Below are positions 57,617 to 64,000 of a stretch of DNA of 64,000 bases, piece after piece. The stretch is taken from the IMG/VR virus record IMGVR_UViG_3300008122_000001, positions 55,706 to 119,705 of that record; one strand, written 5' to 3'. The notes beneath the pieces are model-generated. The model was not told the DNA's origin, did no database searches, and worked only from the letters and a program-made list of their open reading frames with translations. Made by a program: the position numbers and the translations under genes. Source of the DNA: a virus (Duplodnaviria; Heunggongvirae; Uroviricota; Caudoviricetes). Position 1 is the first letter of the stretch; each line of letters opens with the position of its first letter.

Positions 57617-57841
57617 ATGGATACCTTAGTAGAAGTAAGCGATTCATTATTCGCTGTTGTTAGTTCATTTTGGACTTTATTAGTTACCTCTTATGGTACT
57701 GTTGGTGCATTAATTATTTGTGGTGTATTAGTAGTAGGTATCTACTGCATTAGTAAATTCTGTTTAAAATGGATTGTTAATAAGTTTAAAAATCTATTTA
57801 AGAAAAAAAGTGAGGTTAGTCTATCATCAAGAACATACTAG
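57617..57841 (+). CDS. small membrane protein
   Basis: start moved to ATG 57617; hydrophobic core. Confidence 0.6.
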   Translation: MDTLVEVSDSLFAVVSSFWTLLVTSYGTVGALIICGVLVVGIYCISKFCLKWIVNKFKNLFKKKSEVSLSSRTY

Positions 57842-57927
57842 TATATTTTAATATATTTATTTTATAAAACTATAGGTGTTATTATTTATAGCATCTATAT
57901 TTTTATAAATTACAAACAGAGCATTGT

Positions 57928-58242
57928 ATGGAATTAATACCACCTTTTAAAATTTTATGTACATCCAAAGAATTGTTGGAAAAAGTATTATTAATATTAT
58001 TAAGTCATAATAATACTTGGAGATCAGGTCATACTACTCTCAAACCTGGAGATCAATCATTTAATTTTGATCCTAATATTTATGTATTTATATATCTTCA
58101 TAAAAATAATAAATTTTCTTATGATGAATTAACAGCACATATATATAATCAAAGATATTTTAATACAAATAATTCTCCATCTTATTCTGATTATCCTATA
58201 ATGACTTTATCTGAATTAGAATCGTTGGATAAAAAGTTTTAA
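57928..58242 (+). CDS. small protein, member of the five-gene paralogue family
   Basis: KILCTSKELLEKVLLIL...IMTLSEL. Confidence 0.7.
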   Translation: MELIPPFKILCTSKELLEKVLLILLSHNNTWRSGHTTLKPGDQSFNFDPNIYVFIYLHKNNKFSYDELTAHIYNQRYFNTNNSPSYSDYPIMTLSELESLDKKF

Positions 58243-58298
58243 AGCTAACTTTTGATTTTTTATTCACCCAAAGAATAGTTATTTTAAGGAATAATATA

Positions 58299-58616
58299 AT
58301 GGTATATCCAGTAAATCCTGATGGTAATTTACCTGAATTAATAGTATGTGCAGCTAATAAAGATCCAAATAATAACGTAGTATATCCTTGTGTTAGACAT
58401 GGATGTGAAATTTTTTGGGGATTGATTGATGATAAATACAATGATTCTAATTATTGTACTACTCACTTTATAGAAGGATTCATAACTAATAAATATAGAT
58501 TTGTTGAAAGAGAAGAAGCATATGTTATTGCTAAAGCTCAAAATCAAATTAAACGGTTATGTCCTACAGGTAGTACTAATCCAAATCCTGAATTGTTTTC
58601 AGAAATGTTGTATTAA
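58299..58616 (+). CDS. conserved-type phage hypothetical protein
   Basis: IVCAAN...CVRH...EGFITNKYRFVEREEAYVIA...LFSEMLY. Confidence 0.75.
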   Translation: MVYPVNPDGNLPELIVCAANKDPNNNVVYPCVRHGCEIFWGLIDDKYNDSNYCTTHFIEGFITNKYRFVEREEAYVIAKAQNQIKRLCPTGSTNPNPELFSEMLY

Positions 58617-58618
58617 TT

Positions 58619-58894
58619 ATGAAATTACCTCCTAATTTAGCTATTGAAGTACATAATAAGGAAGAACTATTTAAAGCTGTTTTAATATGTGGTTCTTATA
58701 AGTTATATTGGTATAAAATAGAGAAAATATTCCCATTAAAAGAAAGTATATTTACTGATAAAAGATATTTATGCTTTAGTACTTTATTTTTAGAAGAGTG
58801 TAATAAAGAAGTAGGATATAAACTAGTTCTTAAACGTTCTCCAAATAATCGACAAGTAATATCCCTTGAAGATTTTATTTCTCAATATGGATAA
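58619..58894 (+). CDS. small protein, member of the five-gene paralogue family
   Basis: AIEVHNKEELFKAVLI...VISLEDFI. Confidence 0.7.
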   Translation: MKLPPNLAIEVHNKEELFKAVLICGSYKLYWYKIEKIFPLKESIFTDKRYLCFSTLFLEECNKEVGYKLVLKRSPNNRQVISLEDFISQYG

Positions 58895-58897
58895 AAT

Positions 58898-59149
58898 ATG
58901 TCATTTAAACAAAATCGTAATAAATTAAAAATTATTCAATGGAAACATAAAAATATTATACCTAAACAAGGTTGTTTAACATTAATTTGGTGGAAAAAAG
59001 GTAATAGTGTTGATGGTTTTTATATTAAAGCAGAATTATATGGTTTAGATGGTTTTATTTTAAATAATGTATTTCTTGAAGATAATCTTCAAACTATTAT
59101 TAATCAAATTAAATTTCAATATAATTTGGATAAATTATATGTTAAATAA
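58898..59149 (+). CDS. hypothetical protein
   Basis: coupled ORF. Confidence 0.6.
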   Translation: MSFKQNRNKLKIIQWKHKNIIPKQGCLTLIWWKKGNSVDGFYIKAELYGLDGFILNNVFLEDNLQTIINQIKFQYNLDKLYVK

Positions 59150-59450
59150 AATGAGCAATATTCAATTGTCAATTTATAAGGCAACTGAATCATCAGGTAA
59201 TCAACAATTCTTTTGTCGTGCTAATCGGTTAGATGAAAAAAATTTGCAACCCAAAGACAAGTTGGCTACATTGTTAGAATTAGCTTGTTTTCAAACTAAA
59301 CATTTAGATATTAATACTTGTATGTCTAGAGCTTGGTTTACTATTTCATATTCAAGTCGTTTCTTCGGTATTCCAATGGATGAAGTTAAATTAATTAATT
59401 TTACTAAGGAAGAAGAAGAATATATTAAAAAACAATTAGCTCTGAGATAA
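59067..59450 (+). CDS. hypothetical protein (true start probably 59139 or 59151)
   Basis: ORF in operon; the 5' part overlaps the previous gene. Confidence 0.6.
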   Translation: MYFLKIIFKLLLIKLNFNIIWINYMLNKMSNIQLSIYKATESSGNQQFFCRANRLDEKNLQPKDKLATLLELACFQTKHLDINTCMSRAWFTISYSSRFFGIPMDEVKLINFTKEEEEYIKKQLALR

Positions 59451-59454
59451 CATT

Positions 59455-59712
59455 ATGAAAAAATTAAATTCAATATATGTTAAAATAACATCATATGATC
59501 AACTTTTAAAAGCTAAATTAATCCTTGATTTATATAAAGTAGGTAATCATCCATCTTTAGGTATAGAACTAAAAGAATCATTATATAAATTTGAAGATGA
59601 TTATTATATGTTTTTAAATATGAATGGTAATTTAGGAATTATTCCTAAATATCATGATCCTTTTAATTCTTTTACAGAAATTACTTTTAATCAATTAATT
59701 ACAGAGTATTAA
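59455..59712 (+). CDS. small protein, member of the five-gene paralogue family
   Basis: IYVKITSYDQLLKAKLIL...EITFNQLI. Confidence 0.7.
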   Translation: MKKLNSIYVKITSYDQLLKAKLILDLYKVGNHPSLGIELKESLYKFEDDYYMFLNMNGNLGIIPKYHDPFNSFTEITFNQLITEY

Positions 59713-59714
59713 TT

Positions 59715-60296
59715 ATGGCTATATCTAATATATCTTTACCTAATTTATTTAATTGTTTTACGCAATTAGGTCATATTATTTATGAAATAAATTTAGATAT
59801 ATATACTTTTGTAGATCTTAAATCAAATACTCTTGCAACATTTGATTTTCGACATAATTTATGTACAATCTATAATGAACCTGGTTTTTTATATCATTTT
59901 AAAAAAGATGATTTTAATCATGCTTTAGAAAAATATAAGAAACATATTTATAAAATTGAAGAATTAAGTGATACTAGTAATTCACTGGAACCTGGTACTC
60001 GTTTTGAAGAAAAAGGACATACTCATCCTAATAATTATCAAATTCCTGCATTAGAAAATTTGACTAATTGGGTATTATTAGAATGTGGTGATGCTGTTCG
60101 TTATTATATTCATTGTGATAATGATCTATATGGATCTCGTGCTGCTTATGTTTCTAAATCAGCTCGTGTACGTGTTAAAGACAATCAATGGAAAACTGTT
60201 GGTGGTCGTTCATCAGACTATGGATTATCTTTAGATAATTTATTAGCTTGTGATGAAGAATTAATTAAATTAGGATATTTTAAAAAAGAATCTTAA
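59715..60296 (+). CDS. hypothetical protein
   Basis: 193-aa coupled ORF. Confidence 0.75.
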   Translation: MAISNISLPNLFNCFTQLGHIIYEINLDIYTFVDLKSNTLATFDFRHNLCTIYNEPGFLYHFKKDDFNHALEKYKKHIYKIEELSDTSNSLEPGTRFEEKGHTHPNNYQIPALENLTNWVLLECGDAVRYYIHCDNDLYGSRAAYVSKSARVRVKDNQWKTVGGRSSDYGLSLDNLLACDEELIKLGYFKKES

Positions 60297-60436
60297 TTGT
60301 TATTTACTATTTATTTAATATAGATAGTAAATAAAGGTGTATATAAGTTATTGTTCTAATTTGATAACGGTGTTGCCAAACTTCCTTAATCACTTTTAAC
60401 TGTATACATCTTTATTTATTATTTAAGGTTAATTTT

Positions 60437-60943
60437 ATGAGAACTAAATTAAAAGAAATTGGCATAATAGAATTTAATTCTTCATATGAAATTGACAATG
60501 TTATTCAATATATTTTTTCATGTTTATTGAAAAATAAAAATATTGATTGTAATACTTTATCAATTCAATCCAATATTCATGAAAGAGTTATCAACAGATT
60601 AAAATATAATTCTTTTGATAGACAAACAAAAAGTAATATTGAATATATTTATAAAATATTAACAATATTAAACTACTCATTAAGCACTTTCTTCACTTTA
60701 GTTGAAGAATTTATATCTAAAAAAGCAATAGTTGTTATTTTTAAACAAAATGAAACTTTATGCTTATCTATTACAGAATGGGAAATATATTGTTCTCAAT
60801 TACCTTGTTGTAAAGAATTATTATTAGTTAGAGCTAAAATAGCTAAACACTTTTCAATACAACACAGATTATTTAAAGAACAAACTATTGAACTTAGTAT
60901 GTATCCATCTTCTCTTATTGTAGAATCAAAGAAATTATTATGA
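60437..60943 (+). CDS. putative XRE-like HTH protein
   Basis: IDCNTLSIQSNIHERVINRL...IYKILTILNYSLSTFF. Confidence 0.55.
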   Translation: MRTKLKEIGIIEFNSSYEIDNVIQYIFSCLLKNKNIDCNTLSIQSNIHERVINRLKYNSFDRQTKSNIEYIYKILTILNYSLSTFFTLVEEFISKKAIVVIFKQNETLCLSITEWEIYCSQLPCCKELLLVRAKIAKHFSIQHRLFKEQTIELSMYPSSLIVESKKLL

Positions 60944-61302
60944 TATATCCTATAAAATTGTTTATTAATGGTAATCAAAAATTATCTTTTAACATTAGTA
61001 GTGAAAATGTTCCATACAAAATCTTAGAAAATTTAAATACTAGATTAGCTTCTGCTTTTAAATCTAAAATTAATTATTTATCTAAATTTTCTAATAACAT
61101 GCCTTTCATTAAACAAGAAATTATTTATCTTAGTTTAATGAATAAAAATCAAAACAATTTAATTATATGTTATTTGTTATCTCATTATTTAAATAATGGT
61201 AAAAAAGCATTTGATGTTCATTTAACTTGTAATGATTTTAAAATTAAATTAGATATTGATATCACAGATTTTTTAAGTAAAAATTTATCTAAGGTTTGTT
61301 AA
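60940..61302 (+). CDS. hypothetical protein
   Basis: ATGA overlap. Confidence 0.6.
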   Translation: MIYPIKLFINGNQKLSFNISSENVPYKILENLNTRLASAFKSKINYLSKFSNNMPFIKQEIIYLSLMNKNQNNLIICYLLSHYLNNGKKAFDVHLTCNDFKIKLDIDITDFLSKNLSKVC

Positions 61303-61556
61303 TAATGGTATCAGAAAAAATTAAACAAAAATTGAATGAAACTATATTTGTTCCTGATACTGAAGAAGAGTATCAAAAAATTTGGTTAATTTTGAGTACC
61401 ATTTATACACGATATACTGTAAATATTAATCATTTTAAACAATACCGTGCGATTTATGTTGAAGACAATAAATTTCATGGTACTTCTAGACCTGATTATC
61501 ATTATGGTAATAAAAAAATATTAACTTTAAATGATTTATTGGAACTAAAATTATGA
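61296..61556 (+). CDS. small protein, member of the five-gene paralogue family
   Basis: IFVPDTEEEYQKIWLIL...ILTLNDLL. Confidence 0.7.
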   Translation: MLIMVSEKIKQKLNETIFVPDTEEEYQKIWLILSTIYTRYTVNINHFKQYRAIYVEDNKFHGTSRPDYHYGNKKILTLNDLLELKL

Positions 61557-61906
61557 TGTCTTATATTTATCCTCCTATCGATGAACATGGAAAACCAGTA
61601 AAAAGATCTAAACATAAATACCCTTATTCTTATGATGGTTTTATGTTATTTCGTTTACTTCCTAATACAGAAGCTACTAATACTTTATATTGTGATCGTT
61701 TACGTTCTCAATATAGCAATTGGAATGAATTATTAAAGAAACATTTCAATAATATTTCTGATTATTTTTATGATCGTTCTCCTAAAAAGATTCAAGATTT
61801 TTTAAGAGAACTTTTAAACAAACCAAATCTATTATTAGTATTTGGTATGGAATATTGTAATCTTAGTAATGGTTATCCTGTTCATAGATTTGAGGTTAAA
61901 ATTTAA
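61553..61906 (+). CDS. hypothetical protein
   Basis: YPYSYD...MEYCNLSNGYP pattern. Confidence 0.7.
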   Translation: MMSYIYPPIDEHGKPVKRSKHKYPYSYDGFMLFRLLPNTEATNTLYCDRLRSQYSNWNELLKKHFNNISDYFYDRSPKKIQDFLRELLNKPNLLLVFGMEYCNLSNGYPVHRFEVKI

Positions 61907-62454
61907 TGCACACTGTTTCTTCAAGAAAGATTAATACTTTAGTTAAAAATAATTTAAAAGTTGTTCATAATACTAAAAAGTATTATTTAAATTTTCAAGC
62001 AGCTGAAAAATTAATTAATCTTGTAAGTCAACATACTAGTTCAAGTAAATTAATTTTAACTTCAAAAACTCCTTTAAGAAATTATAAAATTAAACTCTCT
62101 CAAACTGTTAAAACTATTGTTAAAGATGATTTTACATGTGTTATTTGTAAGAAAAAAGCAATTAAAGCTATTCTTATTCCAAATACTAAATGTAAAAGTA
62201 TTACAATAAATTTTTATACTAAAGGTAATGTACTTTTAACTAAAGATCATATTGTTCCTAAAGCAAATGACGGAAGAAATATTCAGTTAAATTATCAATG
62301 TATGTGTGAATTATGTAATACAGAAAAAGGATCATTAGATAATTTTCAATTTTTAATTAAAAAAGGTGTTTTAAATTGGGATGAAACTTTTAAACTTAAT
62401 TGGTTTGAAAGATTTGTTTTTTCTTTTATTGGTAAAAGGATAAAAAATGCTTAA
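61906..62454 (+). CDS. HNH endonuclease
   Basis: CVIC...LTKDHIVPKANDGRNIQLNYQCMCELCNTEKG. Confidence 0.85.
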   Translation: MHTVSSRKINTLVKNNLKVVHNTKKYYLNFQAAEKLINLVSQHTSSSKLILTSKTPLRNYKIKLSQTVKTIVKDDFTCVICKKKAIKAILIPNTKCKSITINFYTKGNVLLTKDHIVPKANDGRNIQLNYQCMCELCNTEKGSLDNFQFLIKKGVLNWDETFKLNWFERFVFSFIGKRIKNA

Positions 62455-62788
62455 ATATGTTGGTTTAAGTCCAGGTGTATATAATTTATATGGATCTAAG
62501 AAAATATTTAAATGGGAATATTCTAAACCTTATATAGGAAGTATTAAAGTTAATGAAGATGGCTCTTATATGACAACTTCTGCAACTACTTACCATTATT
62601 CTTTATCTTCTTTTCCTTCTTTACATTTTTATTTACATGATAATGGTGAATTTAATCTTGATCGTTATTTTATGAAATATATATCATTTCGATTTTTCAT
62701 TTTATACGAAAAAGATAAAATTATTTCTGCTATAAATCTTTTAAAACAACATTTAAAAGATGTTAAATATATTGTTAAATATAGTTAG
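62447..62788 (+). CDS. hypothetical protein
   Basis: AAGGA RBS. Confidence 0.65.
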   Translation: MLKYVGLSPGVYNLYGSKKIFKWEYSKPYIGSIKVNEDGSYMTTSATTYHYSLSSFPSLHFYLHDNGEFNLDRYFMKYISFRFFILYEKDKIISAINLLKQHLKDVKYIVKYS

Positions 62789-62797
62789 AGTTAAAAT

Positions 62798-63334
62798 ATG
62801 AAAATATCTCTTGAAAAATTTTTTCCTGATAATCCTAAATGGAATGAACCTTATATTACATATTTAGGTTCTATTGTTAAAAATGGAAATGAATATGATT
62901 TAGGTATTTGGAAATCACCTAAATCTACAGATATGTCTTGGTTCTTTGTTCAAAGTAATGAATGTGGTGATTATCAATCAGGTACTATATTTATAAATAA
63001 TAAAGTAGATCTTCATATATTTAAAAGTAAATATAATAAAGATAGTACTCTACCTGTAATTGAAACTATTATTGAAGCTTCTCGTCAAAAACATTTCAAA
63101 GGTACAGTTCTACATAACTTTAATTTTAATGCTGAATATATTTTAGATTGTGATATTATTAATTTCTTATTAGATCCTTATAAAGTTAAAGGAATTAATT
63201 TTAGAATTAATAAAAATTTCTCTCTGATTAAAGGTGCAATTATTATTAAAAATCCAAAAACAAAATGGGGTAATATATTTTATCATAAAGGTAAAATTAT
63301 AGATCCATTTAATATTCAATTAATTGAAGTTTAA
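62798..63334 (+). CDS. hypothetical protein
   Basis: coupled ORF; YLGS...YDLG...DYQSG pattern. Confidence 0.7.
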   Translation: MKISLEKFFPDNPKWNEPYITYLGSIVKNGNEYDLGIWKSPKSTDMSWFFVQSNECGDYQSGTIFINNKVDLHIFKSKYNKDSTLPVIETIIEASRQKHFKGTVLHNFNFNAEYILDCDIINFLLDPYKVKGINFRINKNFSLIKGAIIIKNPKTKWGNIFYHKGKIIDPFNIQLIEV

Positions 63335-63336
63335 TT

Positions 63337-63585
63337 ATGATATGTACTAAAGTTCTTAGAAGAATCACTGATAAATGGCTTATAGATATTGACTATGTAA
63401 CTTCTGGCAGTGATTCTGAGTTTAAAAATTATTACGCTGTTTATATACGATACAATTATAAAAACTTTATTTGGACAGATATTGAATGTAGTCGTAATCA
63501 ATTATTACATGAAATTTATAAATTAAAACGTAAAATGATTATTGAAACAAAATTAAAACCTTATCGTATGGGACATAGTAGATGA
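63337..63585 (+). CDS. hypothetical protein
   Basis: coupled ORF. Confidence 0.6.
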   Translation: MICTKVLRRITDKWLIDIDYVTSGSDSEFKNYYAVYIRYNYKNFIWTDIECSRNQLLHEIYKLKRKMIIETKLKPYRMGHSR

Positions 63586-63962
63586 ATACTAAAAACAGTT
63601 CTGAATTAGTTATGAATTATAAATATAATTCTGATGAAAAAGAAATTAATCTTGAAGATATTCTTGATATTAAACTTAATATTATCAAGGGTGATTTTAA
63701 TAAACATATTTTAATGACAGAAAATGGTCAATCAGAAATACGTTCTTTTGGTGGACATCTCAAAGTAGAGTCTATTAAAAAACGTTGTATTAAAGCTCTA
63801 CTTAGAGTTGGTTCAACAGATATTAATATTTTATCGTCTACTCATTTTACTGATGATGGGCGTTTCTTTAATATCTTTTCACGTGAAATCTATGTAGACG
63901 GTAAGTGGCAATCTTACTGGTTAAAAGATATCAACACAGATTTAAAAACTTTTATTATTTAA
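63582..63962 (+). CDS. hypothetical protein
   Basis: ATGA overlap. Confidence 0.65.
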   Translation: MNTKNSSELVMNYKYNSDEKEINLEDILDIKLNIIKGDFNKHILMTENGQSEIRSFGGHLKVESIKKRCIKALLRVGSTDINILSSTHFTDDGRFFNIFSREIYVDGKWQSYWLKDINTDLKTFII

Positions 63963-63976
63963 CAAAGGAAACAAAT

Positions 63977-64000
63977 ATGAATATTTTATACACTATTATG
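63977..64000 (+). CDS. 5' end of a CDS running off the window
   Basis: AAGGA RBS followed by ATG AAT ATT TTA... Confidence 0.5.

Noticed and set aside
31550-60978. Minus-strand ORFs in the early block (31550, 32293, 38841, 39516, 40916, 43493, 47788, 50742, 57444, 58196, 58338, 60796) and the plus-frame ORF 54947-55144
   Set aside because: They are fully or largely nested in or antisense to stronger genes, as expected by chance in AT-rich DNA.
1-64000. Stop-codon reassignment (alternative genetic code)
   Set aside because: Core genes (terminase, portal, capsid, sheath, RNAP) are full length in the standard code, and TAA, TAG and TGA all end genes.
1-64000. tRNA or rRNA genes
   Set aside because: No cloverleaf with T-loop GTTCRA and D-loop motifs was recognised in any non-coding gap; a tRNAscan-SE run would confirm.

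Overview
AT-rich segment of a large contractile-tailed (jumbo myovirus-like) phage genome. The host is probably Acinetobacter or another Moraxellaceae member, inferred from the host-type SSB at 45462-45860. The gene set recalls the Acinetobacter phage ME3 / Bacillus phage 0305phi8-36 lineage, but that is from memory and was not searched. The window has two divergent blocks. Positions 1-31116 (minus strand) form the late block: three tandem tail-tube-like genes, tail sheath, neck genes, major capsid, prohead protease/scaffold, portal, large terminase, a GNAT-like+DEDDh exonuclease fusion, a frameshifted gp4/TnsA-like nuclease, a Cys-cluster protein interrupted by a mini-intein, lysis genes and fibre genes. 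A boundary at about 31120-31570 carries a C/G-tract and three 30-bp direct repeats plus an inverted core. Positions 31572-64000 (plus strand) form the early block, led by a roughly 1190-aa single-subunit two-barrel RNA polymerase (NDFDGD motif) and followed by about 75 mostly small ORFs (SSB, PNK-type kinase, two HNH nucleases, HTH proteins, membrane proteins). The strongest unexplained signal is 13 intergenic elements of about 50 nt between 38.0 and 50.8 kb. Their sequences differ but they fold identically on the + strand: a lower stem, a conserved AAUU/UGUR internal loop, and a covarying upper stem with G-U pairs, usually with the upstream stop codon at the base. A second, rarer motif (CCGAA-13 nt-CAAATGCTTT) also recurs in the early block. 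No tRNA, rRNA or CRISPR array was seen. All product calls come from motif reading and gene context; no database search was run.
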